Assembly (NCBI RefSeq): GCF_001194135.2
Contig: NC_068995.1
Coordinates: 3,616,743 to 3,654,161, forward strand
DNA from: Octopus bimaculoides
Taxonomy: Eukaryota
Length of the DNA stretch: 37,419 nt
Direction: 5' to 3'
Shown: positions 25,612-36,261 of the stretch, piece after piece
How the letters are laid out: every line of letters begins with the position of its first letter
Numbering within the stretch: position 1 is the stretch's first letter
Notes under the pieces: model-generated
Told to the model about the DNA's origin: nothing
Databases searched by the model: none
What the model saw: only the letters and a program-made list of their open reading frames with translations
Program-made: the position numbers and the translations under genes

Positions 25612-25654
25612 TCGTCTGTGCTAACATCATCGTCGGAATATCCCGTTGCCAGAT
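25381..25654 (-). CDS. RFX6: RFX6 orthologue, internal coding exon (equivalent to vertebrate exon 2): acidic/poly-D and poly-N region up to TLQW
   Basis: Acceptor gtttcag|AT (phase 1) and donor CAATG|gtaagt (phase 2); 274 nt. Encodes (D)LATGYSDDD...SQAPKKTVAQIMRDKKKQTALTLQW, matching the RFX6 motif [21 protein letters not shown] (recalled). The 5' boundary is slightly less certain than the 3'. Confidence 0.9.
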
Positions 25655-25809
25655 CTGAAACATTACATTCAGAAATAAAACGGAGGAAAATCACTTTGAA
25701 TGATATTTTGCAAGAAATTAGATTATTATGCTTTTTTTTTCGTGAATTAGTAAGTTCGGTGTTGTCGTAGTAAATATTGTTAGCCAGCAAAAAAATAAAC
25801 ATTTAATTC

Positions 25810-26010
25810 ATTAAAACTATAGCGGCAATAAAGAGAAATAATTATTACTGGTTGATTCTGGTAAAAAAATGACAGGGGAGATAACAGCGAAATTTTGATT
25901 AATTAAAACTATAGCTATAGGGAGGAGAAATAATTTTTGATGATTAATTCTGGCAAAGAAAGGCAAGAGAGATTATCTTGAAATTCTGATTAATTAAACT
26001 ACAGTCAAAA
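25810..26010. repeat. Old imperfect ~92-bp tandem repeat (about 2.2 copies)
   Basis: attaaaactatagc at 25810 and 25902, attaaactacagtc at 25993, with matching internal blocks (gagaaataat, attctgg.aaa, gaaatt.tgattaa). Confidence 0.75.
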
Positions 26011-26189
26011 TGAGAAATATTAATGATAAAAGGAGTACCAGTCGGGCACTGAAGTCGTGGTGAGAGACTTATCCCCCTACATTGGAATTGCTAGCTTTGT
26101 GCCAAAATTCGAAATTATCCTTATCATTAGTGTTGTTATTGCTGTTGTTGTTGTTGTTGGTGATGGTGTTATTGGCTTGTTTAGCTCAG

Positions 26190-26280
26190 CTAAAGTAAAC
26201 TGGTCCAGTCGATTTGTTCGACTAAAGCCCTTCAAGGCGGTGCCCCAGCGTGGCCGCAGTCAAGTGACTGAAACAAGTTT
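26190..26280 (+). mobile_element. SINE family B, 3' end
   Basis: gtcgatttgttcgactaaa...ggcggtgccccagcgtggccgcagtcaagtgactgaaacaag. Confidence 0.75.
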
Positions 26281-26973
26281 TAAACAAAATCTATGTAATT
26301 ACAAATATTTCATTGAACAAATTTGAAGGCCATTTTATTCATAATTGGCATTAGTATTACATTAATCAAGGATTTGTCTTTCTGAAGAACCAAAGTAAAT
26401 TTCAAGTTTCTGTTGTTTTAAATATATAAATGCCCTTTTATTATCATTACTATGTCATAATAAACTTTAAAAAAAAATCTAAGCTTTCTAGAAAGGCATA
26501 TTACCATTCCGCACTTTAATTATTGTCCTCGTATTTATTGGTTTGTATTTGTGACATCATGAATGTTTAGAAAATATATTATTCTCCAACTAATCTAAAA
26601 ATTCTTTATTAGCCATAAATGTCTTCCTATATTGCCGTAGATTAGTTATATTTTCCGCTGGACAAATATGGTGTCTCAGTCAGACATGTTTATTGAAATA
26701 TTGTGTCTTCATTTAATCTGTAAACTAGATAGAGTCAATACATCTGCTTCTCGTAATTATCTGAAACAAAAGCAGGATATTAATCAGCTAATCCTCATCT
26801 AAATATCTTGCTTATTGTCTATGGTACACCCTAATTATTCGTTTTTCTACGTAGTGTAAGAAACGCAGGGCAAAAGACTGTTACATATTACATAAAATAT
26901 ATGATACACTCTAAAAGTTTTCACATATACCATAGTTTATATCAAGATTGCATACGTATATACATGCATGTAT

Positions 26974-27070
26974 TCATCCATCCATCCACCGATCCATCCA
27001 TCCATCCATCCATCCATCCATCCATCCATCCATCCATCCATACATACATACATACATACATACATACATA
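26974..27070. repeat. (CATC)n(CATA)n microsatellite
   Basis: Direct reading. Confidence 0.92.
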
Positions 27071-27539
27071 CTAGATATATACGTAGATTGATACATACGT
27101 AGATGCAAAAATGCATAAATACTTGCACATATGCTGACATGCATGCACTCCTCACACAGATATCTCAATTAGTACAGCAGGAAAGACTTCGAAGATGTTT
27201 AGCTATATAAGTGCTCCAAGTTTGTTTCCCAACCACATGGTTCTGGATTCAGATGCGTGGCATCTTATATACAATTTGGTTATGGGAAACGTTTTGAATA
27301 TGCAAATAAAGCTCCTATTCCGTTATGCTGGTCAAGGTCCAATGATGCTGTCTGGTGAACAAGTTTTTTGAGTTTGTATCGAGCTGTACCAATATAATGT
27401 AGGATAAATATAATTATAATGACAATAATCCTAGGACGGAATATATAAGTTTATAAATTCCATCCTAGGATTATTGTTATATATATNNNNNNNNNNNNNN
27501 NNNNNNNNNNNNNNNNNNNNNNNNNNNNNNNNNNNNNNN

Positions 27540-27571
<32 letters not shown>

Positions 27572-27629
27572 GTACATACATATATGTGTGTGTGTGTGCG
27601 TGCGTGTGTGTGTCTGCATGTATATGTTA

Positions 27630-27820
27630 GTGATAACCGCCGTCGCTTAAAAACCAGTGTTGGATGGTCTCCGTTCCCCTAACAGTGCGGTTTGGTAAAA
27701 GAACCGATTGAATTAATAGAATAAGGATCAGATTTAGAATAAGTGCTGAATCGATTTGTTCGACTAACCCAGAAACGCGGCGCTCCATCATGACTGCAGT
27801 CCAGTGACTAAAACAAACAT
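27630..27820 (+). mobile_element. SINE family B, diverged 3' part
   Basis: cgtcgcttaaaaacc.gtgttgg...gatttgttcgactaa...gcggcgctcc.tcatgactgcagtcc.gtgact. Confidence 0.65.
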
Positions 27821-28595
27821 TACAGTAAAAGACTATATACCATTACAACAATTACTTTATCCACCCCGACTGTTAAAATACCATTAATACCCCCATTAGT
27901 TATCTCAAGTGCAATCGCAACACGGTTTGAAATCTCGTAACCAAATCACGCTAAATCTCTCTAAAGTTAAATCGACCGTTTTAAAAGCCGTAGCTACTCT
28001 AAAATGTATTTGATTATTTGTTAAACGTTATTATTCCAGAATCGTTCCAACTGACGGACAGATAGTTACAAGACTGCAACAGAATGATCTAGCACCATAG
28101 AGTTTGTCTAATAATCCTAGCAGTAGTAATCATTGCAAGAAATTCTGCAACAACAGAATTATATATTTACTTTTAGCTTCGTTCTTTTTCCGGTCTGCTG
28201 GTGTCCTGTTTCGATTTCATGATTAATGGCAAGCAATTTGATTTCCGTACTCGTTAATGCAAGTATATCAACAAACGAGGTTTAGGTTTGGCGATTCGGC
28301 AATGCTTTTTAAGTGGGCACTAATTTGTTAGAGTCACAATGGTCAAGGGCATTATATTCCGGTCGACAGTCAACTAATCAATATTCGTTTGCAGTTCACA
28401 TACTGTGTAAGCGTCTATCAGGATGTAAACTTAAGACTGCATGCTAGGATATCTATCATGGTGGAAAACAATCAGACGTGTCCGTTAGTTTCTTCTGAAC
28501 GTTTGTGTATTTTAGCTAAAGCATAGTTAGAAAACCAGCGTCAGTTGAAAACAACGGAGTTGGCATTTCTAACCGTGGTATCAGTGTTTAAAATA

Positions 28596-28748
28596 TTAAT
28601 CCTAGACCCTGATTAATCCTAGATCTAGGTTAATCCAAGAACTGGATTAATCCTAGTTCTGGTTTAATTTTACATCGTGAGTAATCCTAGATCTGGATTA
28701 ATCCTAGATCTGGATTAATCCTAGATCTGGATTAAAACTAGGTCAGAC
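28596..28748. repeat. 17-bp quasi-palindromic tandem array (consensus TTAATCCTAGATCTGGA), 9 units
   Basis: Units start at 28596, 28613, 28630, 28647, 28664 (degenerate but in register), 28681, 28698, 28715 and 28732 (degenerate). Confidence 0.92.
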
Positions 28749-29185
28749 GGATAAAGTAGAATGGTTTCTTCTATTTCCTAATACAATACAATTCTTAACA
28801 GGAATACCGTTGTGTATGGCATTTATAATGTTCAAGCAAACATTGAACGGCACTGAGAAACTTCTCGAAGAGACTCACAAACTAACGAACACCGGGTTTC
28901 GACCAGAATGTGGAGGATTGTCAGATACACTGATTTTCGACCTGAATTGGTCAACTCAGTGAGAAATACCTTAGACATTCTGAGCTGAGCCAGAAGAATG
29001 CTTATTCCAATATAGAAATCGGTTCGGTTTACTGATTTGGGAGAAAGCTAACCAGGCTAGAATGAAATTAATGCACATACTTAAAACAACAGTGTGCATA
29101 ACGTAATCGATCACGAATACACATACGAAAGATACGTGATTTGCTAGTTCGTGGGTTGGATGTGCTTATAGTGTAAGAAAGTATA

Positions 29186-29219
<34 letters not shown>

Positions 29220-29229
29220 NNNNNNNNNN

Positions 29230-29269
<40 letters not shown>

Positions 29270-29329
29270 GGAGAAGGTCAAAAATGGGATTAAAACTTAC
29301 TACAGCTGTTTTAGAGTCTGCAGTCATTT

Positions 29330-30720
29330 TCAAATTGTTCAGATAACAGGCAAGGTGACACAATAACACCGCAATTAAACCTCCTTTACATTCTAATCAA
29401 TCCATACCGATCAAGTTTTTCCCGGGTATGAACTTCTGCTCTCCGCATCTAACTGCTACACCACACAGCAAACATTCCTATAACTTTCCTCAGACGGTTT
29501 ATCAGTAATAATTACAACCCGTGCGTACATCAATAGGGGGAAAATGAAACGCATCTTTACAACCTTATAGAAAGTGAACGGAACGACTTCCATAAAGAAA
29601 CGGAATCGTGGTACATAGAGTACAACAACGCTGTAGTCCCCAACATAGATAGGGCATTACGTTCATTCGCTAAAATAATTATAGTCGGATTAAAAAAATA
29701 ACATATCCCGCTTAGGAACATAAAAAATTACAACTGCAATTACAAACCAGAAATAACCAACCTTATAAATATCAGAGATAACTTCAAACATGTTGAAATG
29801 AAACTTAGCGTAAGTAACAAGAAAATGACCAAAATACATAAATAAATATAGAATCCATAAAACCCCCAGAGAACGGACAAAGGTTTGTAGTTCTCATAAA
29901 CCAGAAATAGAGCAGTAAAATACTGGAGTAAGTAGCATCATTACCAACAACAAGAACAACAAAATCAGCAAGGATCCCGATATATTTCATGTCACACTAA
30001 CAACTACAAACACACACACACACACACGCGCACACATTGCAATATCCAGTAAGCAAACAACGCGAAGAATGGGGTCAGTCTCCATCTCGAAACCCGATTT
30101 TGACACATTTTTCTTTGATCTAACACTAAAATCATAAAAGGGAAACCTAAAATCTCAAACCCCTAAAGGCCAAACGAAAACCCTGCTTTGATGATCAACA
30201 TCGAGACCCTAAAGAAAACACTATTCTGGTTATCATCTACCACTAACACCATCGATTTCTCTGCATCTGAAAACTGGCAAAAAGTGTGATAGTTGTCAGC
30301 TCAAGAGAGTAATATCATTCAGGTCCACCATTGTCCTCTTCCGCCGCAGCCACCTTCGAACAGCCTAGAAAGATATTCTTTAGCGTCAATCACCGATACA
30401 ATCATGTTTTCAATTTGAAACACCTCTTTAGATCACTAACTATAGTCAATTAACACAACACTCCCGAGTATACATAATGACGCCAATAACAAACAAAACC
30501 TACTTTTATATACTATTTTATTTATCAGGGACACCCACAAAAATTTCAAAACCATTCTCTGCTTATGCACAACACACGACATCGTATTAATAAACAATGC
30601 CAGAAGATGTCTAGCAAAGTGTCTGTCAAGTCGTCAAGCTTACGTACTCTACATTTCCAGAACTGAGTATTTCTTGAACGGAGAAGTACTACAGATGTCT
30701 TTGCTTTTCCCAACACATTT
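29330..30720 (+). mobile_element. Degraded I-group (I/Ingi/Nimb-like) LINE ORF2 fragment
   Basis: Frame pieces NDFHKETES...NIDRALRSFAKIII...HIPLRNIKNYNCNYKPEITNLINIRD match the endonuclease-RT linker pattern. RT-like remnants (ENWQKV.IV, LERYSL) follow. Strong A/C strand skew and many disablements. Confidence 0.45.
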
Positions 30721-30759
30721 AAGCTTATACCTATTCGACCATTCTAACCTCAAAATATG

Positions 30760-30925
30760 CAGGCATGGCTCTGTGGAAAGAAGTTCGCTTCCTAACCACA
30801 TGGTTCCAGGTTTCCACTGCATGGTACTTTGGGCAAGTGTCTTCTACTATAACTGTGGACCGACCAAGGCTTTGTGAGTGGATTTGGTTCACAGAAACTG
30901 AAAGAAGCCCGCCGTACATATATAC
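30760..30925 (+). mobile_element. SINE family B, 5' part
   Basis: ccacatggttccagg...ctttgggcaagtgtcttctactata...gaaactgaaagaagcccg; the CCTTGGGCAAGT-like stretch is the CORE-SINE hallmark. Confidence 0.85.
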
Positions 30926-31999
30926 CTGTGTGTGCGCGCGCACGTGTATATATATATATATATATATATATAACTAATTTAGAGATGAACCACCACTCTA
31001 CAACACAGTCAACTGAGAACCCGTCCAACTCCATGCTGTGAGGCAAATACCATTTTAATATATCTAAGATTTTAATCTAAAATTTAAATTAAATAATATA
31101 TTACATAAATCAATCATATAAATCATATAAATAAATCATAGAAATATTAATTTAAAAAAATTTAAAAGTCAAGTTTATACATCTTTTACCATTAACGAAT
31201 TCTTCTGCAATTTTTGAATTTAACGCTAAGTACCATATTGATAACACAAGTGAAACAACATCCATGAGCCTTGCCTCTTAATCACTCCAATTAAGACCAA
31301 CTATTAAGTGGTAACAACCTCACAGTGTCTTACATTCCAAGGTACACATATCACAAACACTACTTAGAAACATGCTTAATCCATTGATTCTTCTTATCAA
31401 ATCCACTTCACAGACCAACTAAACCTAAACGCATTCTTTTGTGTCTTCGTTATACATTGGAAGGTCAGCAGGAAAGCGTGGTTCTTCCTATAAAGGCCGC
31501 TCAACAGGTGTCCCATGGTATGGAGATCTGTGTCACACTGACACACTGAGAAGCTGGCGGTGCTGTATCCGCCAATTGTAGAATGTCACCTTGACTCTGT
31601 GAACACCTGTTCTTAATTGATTAAAATGTTTTCACTTTATCCAGCTTAAATCCACACCAGATGGTAACTGTTCTCATTTGCTAATATTTCCATTGTTATC
31701 GAGGTTGATAAGCTATTATTTCTTGTTTTTCATTCAGTTTGATATGACCTCACTAGTTGAGGTGTAAATTCCAAGGGTGGTGGCACATGCAAGTAAGTTT
31801 TCTTTCACCTCAGGTAACCCTGAACAGCCTTTTCTACATTACTGAAAAATCCCTTTCGTGTGCGGTGACACCCAGGTGGGCAGCGTAGACAAATTGGCCC
31901 TTCATAAGGCTCTTTTGAGTTTGGCCATTCTAGTGGATACTTCCATGTTAGAAAGGGTTTTAATCAAAGAAATTTTAATTCTATTATTCTGTAAAATAA

Positions 32000-32612
32000 T
32001 GGGTACTGTACTCCAACGCGAGGCGCAGACGATTCTGGTGTAGCAAAGGTCAACAGCCAAAACCTTCGCCAAAAGGACCGTTTGTGCAAAAGAGGGTTAT
32101 GATCTCAGTTTGGTGGGATTGCCGTGGTGTGATCATGTTGGATCTTCTCTCACGCAATACCATCGTTGACAAGGATGTTTACTGCAAACAAATTGACCAT
32201 CTAAAGATCGCACTGGCCGAAAAACGCTCAAATTTGAAGATAATTTACCACCAAGACAACGCGCCAGCACATCGTGCAAATCAGACGTCAGAGAAGATGA
32301 ACGAGGCAGGCTGGGAGATTATGGTGCACCGACCATATTCTCCTGACCTTGCCCCTTCTGACTACCACTTATTCTCTGCCTTGCAACGCACGATTGGCGA
32401 TACAGAGATCGAAAACGAAGAAGATGTGAAATCGTTCCTTTACGACTTTATTGATTCAAAGCCACGCAATTTCTAGTTGAAAGGATTCAAAACTTTGCCT
32501 GAAAGATGGCAAAAGGTGATCGATAACGATTGATTGTTCTTTGTTGTTTTCTTAATTGTTAATAAAGTGATATGTTAAAAGTGTCCAAGAACTTCCTTAC
32601 CAAACTGATATA
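32000..32612 (+). mobile_element. Mariner DD34D transposase 3' fragment with terminal end
   Basis: WVLYSN...KRVMISVWWD...HQDNAPAH...HRPYSPDLAPSDYHLF has 34 residues between the Ds. A premature TAG is at 32474, followed by LPERWQKVI. A TIR-like end ttaccaaactgata followed by TA is at 32611. Confidence 0.92.
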
Positions 32613-32627
32613 CATATATGAACACAC

Positions 32628-32760
32628 GAAGGGCTTCTTTCAGTTTACCGCCTGCCAAATCCATTTACAAAGCTTTGGTCGACCGTAGACTATAGTAGAA
32701 GATACTCGCCTAGTGTGCCACGCGGTGCAACTGAACCCGGAAACATGTTGATAGGATGTA
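32628..32760 (-). mobile_element. SINE family B, 5' part
   Basis: gggcttctttcagttt...ctatagtagaaga.actcgcc...gtgccacgc.gtg..actgaacccggaa.catg. Confidence 0.8.
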
Positions 32761-33267
32761 ACCACATGATTCCAGGTTCGGTTGTCTGCGCCTATTTCTT
32801 GTGGAATTTGTTTAGTGATTCGTCAGACGATTGTTAAGCATATCTGGAATGCGAATGGTGTTCTATGTTATCACGATGAGTGGTGAATGTGTTGAGTACA
32901 TGCTACGTGCATTTGGTGATATTATGTAATGTCGGACGGTGATTGAGTAGAATTACTTTACCGTCATCAGTAGAATATTCTATTGAAGACTGTAGAGTAA
33001 TATATATCACTAAACCAGAAATCGGGCGATCTAGATTTAACCTCAAAATTTTACTAAATCTCTTTTATTCATTTGCTCGCTTTCAGCCTTGTCCTAAAGG
33101 AGTATAATTTGAAGTGGTTTTAAGAGCCTTTTGACGTCCGTCTCTAGCGTGTTGGTGTTGTTTCTCAGTAGCTTTAATTATACAGTTCCATATTCAAGAG
33201 ATGAGGAATTATCTACATCATTTACACCTTGGAACCGCTCGAATACTCCGGAAGGTGCTCGAAAAAT

Positions 33268-33408
33268 AACTGGTACTTAATTTATCGACCCAGAAAGTAT
33301 GAAAGGCAAAGTCGACCTCGGCGGAATTTGAACTCAGAACGTACAGACTAACTAAATACCGCTAAGCATTGCGCCCGGCGTGCTGACGATTCTGCCAGCT
33401 CGCCACCT
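33268..33408 (-). mobile_element. SINE family A
   Basis: aactggtacttaatttatcgaccc...gtcgacctcggcggaatttgaactcag...gattctgccagctcgccacctt. Confidence 0.88.
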
Positions 33409-34079
33409 TTTTATAATTCTAAATAATAACAAAAAGTTTCTGGATTTCAAACAAATACCCAACATAGTCAATAATCTCTGCTTGTAGCAGAATATTTACC
33501 TAAATTGGTAAACAGGACTTCAAATACGGGGAAGTCTGTTATTTACACTTTACAGCAATGAATTAAACAGAAAACACTGCAGGATTCATGTTATGATTAC
33601 CCCCTGCTAACAATTCATTGTTTCTAGTTTCAGCGATAATCTTTCTAGTTTCTACCACGAAATGAATGATTTTTGTTTTCTTCCTAATAAAAAAACACAA
33701 AATGATTTCTTTCTTTCTGTCTTCTACTGTCATTAAAACTAAATGTCCTCGTCCTTGTCATCGCCGTCGTCGTGGTGATCGTAGTTGTTGCGGCTATTGT
33801 TGGGATTGTTGTGGCGATTGTTGTAGTTGCTGTTAATATAAAAAAGCATGGCAGGAGTTGTTTGATGACGACGGAGAAGAATACCAGGTTAAAATATAGG
33901 ATACGGTGACTGAGTAATAGAATAATAGATTTATTTAGCGGTGGTTGGGCATTTATGTGTTCGATAAGATATGATCCGGGCTTAAACAATGACAACAACA
34001 ACAACAACAACAATGGCTGCAAGTATAGAGGTGTGGTTATGAAGTATACCTCGTGACTTCCTAGATTTAGCTGAAATCT

Positions 34080-34112
34080 TGCTGAACGGCCCGAGGGCCA
34101 GTGTCTTTTATA
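34080..34112 (-). promoter_or_regulatory. Candidate RNA Pol II core promoter (TATA box + initiator) oriented toward RFX6
   Basis: Minus strand TATAAAAG at 34112-34105. An Inr-like TTCAGC has its A at 34083, 29 nt downstream of the first T. The site lies in a locally GC/CpG-enriched, non-repetitive patch. No expression evidence. Confidence 0.45.
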
Positions 34113-34463
34113 ATGGCAGCAGGTCGACCGCGGCAATATGGGCAGGTAACTTAAACTGTGCAGTATCACGACAGAGTCACTTTCTGTGATGTATTTTTGG
34201 CATGACATTATTGTCCAAGGTTCCCGTGGACTTTTCCGTAGGCTTTTCTTTTCACGGATAAACCTAATCTGTTTTCCCTTTTTGCATTGATATTTCTGTG
34301 ATACACGATCCCTATTGATCGGCCTCCCCTTTTTTTCCACGATCCCTTTTGATCGGAATTCGACCCACTTTTTTTCTTTTTTTCTTCTTCTTCCCCAAAA
34401 TAAAAGCTCTACTTTGTATTTTGTCCCCTCTGTGTTCAGCCCTGTGTGGCCAATAAAGAAACA

Positions 34464-34527
<64 letters not shown>

Positions 34528-34879
34528 CTATCTGTATATATGTTGCAAAGTTCATTTCTAGCACCACCATACCTCGGTCTAAATAATTTTTCAAATCTTT
34601 AAAATTAATAGAATTTTAAAATGTCCGAAAATTACATTTAAAATTATTTTGCTGTATCAGGAGACAAATTAATCCATACTTTTAATTATAAATAAAAGTC
34701 TAATTATAAATATCCCGCTAATTATAAATAGAACTGCTGATATAATTAATATTTCTGGATATGTTTATTTTTATGATATCGTTTGATATTGTATTTAGCC
34801 GATATCTCATCATCGATCGTTTTAGTTTTAGGCGCATATGTGTGTTTATATAAGTTTACATACGTGAATGAGTCATTAT

Positions 34880-34914
<35 letters not shown>

Positions 34915-35282
34915 NNNNNNNNNNNNNNNNNNNNNNNNNNNNNNNNNNNNNNNNNNNNNNNNNNNNNNNNNNNNNNNNNNNNNNNNNNNNNNNNNNNNNN
35001 NNNNNNNNNNNNNNNNNNNNNNNNNNNNNNNNNNNNNNNNNNNNNNNNNNNNNNNNNNNNNNNNNNNNNNNNNNNNNNNNNNNNNNNNNNNNNNNNNNNN
35101 NNNNNNNNNNNNNNNNNNNNNNNNNNNNNNNNNNNNNNNNNNNNNNNNNNNNNNNNNNNNNNNNNNNNNNNNNNNNNNNNNNNNNNNNNNNNNNNNNNNN
35201 NNNNNNNNNNNNNNNNNNNNNNNNNNNNNNNNNNNNNNNNNNNNNNNNNGTGTGTGTGTGTGTGTGGGGGGGGGGGGTTACA

Positions 35283-35385
35283 TTCCCTTGTTCGAAAAAT
35301 GTACGAACGCAGATCGTATCGTATAGTCAGCTGGAGACGATGTCTCCTGAGCTTAAATTACAGTAACATTCATCCTAAACCAGGA
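35283..35385 (+). repeat. Degraded partial copy of the 36262-36480 repeat, inverted
   Basis: tagtcagctggagacgatgtctcctgagcttaaattacagtaacattcatcctaaa aligns by eye to the reverse complement tagccagctggaggagatgttctcctggggctaaaagcaacagtaacatccacccttagg. Confidence 0.7.
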
Positions 35386-35509
35386 CTTCCATGTTATCAT
35401 GGGAAATAATCTTTACTCCAAAGTACTGTTGCTAAATATCTCTCGTTGTGAGATTTAAAAATAGTAATTTTCTAATGTCTGTCTGTTTGTCTGTTAGCCT
35501 GCCTCTCTC

Positions 35510-35577
<68 letters not shown>

Positions 35578-35759
35578 ACGACTATGTATCGTTTCAGTTT
35601 TAAGTCATCCAGACATATTAGGTCACAGCTTGATCTGATAGCGTCGCATTAAGAACAATTATAATCCATATTTGACGAGGCATTATCGGAATTAGAGGAG
35701 GACAGCTACACTGTGACATAATAATAGATTTAAAGAAAATAACATGAGAAATAGTTGAA

Positions 35760-36160
35760 GGCGTGATTGTGAGATTTAAAGCTTGCTTACCAACCACATG
35801 GTTCCGGGTTCAGTCCTACTGCTGGCACCTTGGGCAAGTGTCTTCTACTATAGCCTCGTAGCGACCACTTGTGAGTGGATTTCGTAGACAGAAAACGAAA
35901 GAAGCCCGTCGTGTATATATATAAATATATATTTGTATGTATTTGTTATTTGTGTCTCTGTTTGTCCCCCCCCCCACCGTCGATTGACAACCGATGTTGG
36001 TCTGTTTACGTCACCGTAACTTAGCAATTCGGCAAAAAGAGCCGATAGAATAGGTACTAGGCTTACAAAGAATAAGTTCTGGGGTTGATTTGCTCGACAA
36101 AAAATGCGGTGCTCCAGCATAGCCGAAGTCAAATGACTGAAACAAGTAAAAGAATAAACG
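35760..36160 (+). mobile_element. SINE family B, full length
   Basis: tRNA-like head with GGTTCAGTCC, CORE-like ccttgggcaagtg, central (TA)/(TG) tract and 3' tail gactgaaacaagtaaaagaa. Confidence 0.9.
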
Positions 36161-36261
36161 AGAAAAGAATATATATATATGTATATATATATATGGATAT
36201 TTATGTATATTTATATAATATATTTATATATATATATATATAGGTGAAGTATATTTGCCAC

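Noticed and set aside
28280-28580. Possible Harbinger/ISL2EU transposase remnant next to the 17-bp array
   Set aside because: Only a faint Y-x-G-x-x-SD resemblance with stops; not supportable without a profile search.
28596-28748. CRISPR-like interpretation of the regular array
   Set aside because: Eukaryotic context, contiguous units without unique spacers, and no cas genes.
32930-32972. CTGATGA plus a CGGT/ACCG hairpin on the minus strand
   Set aside because: No GAAA or NUH after the stem; a simple hairpin.
33684-34340. 218-aa minus-strand ORF
   Set aside because: Low-complexity, no recognisable domain, and no usable splice link. It overlaps the promoter/leader candidate.
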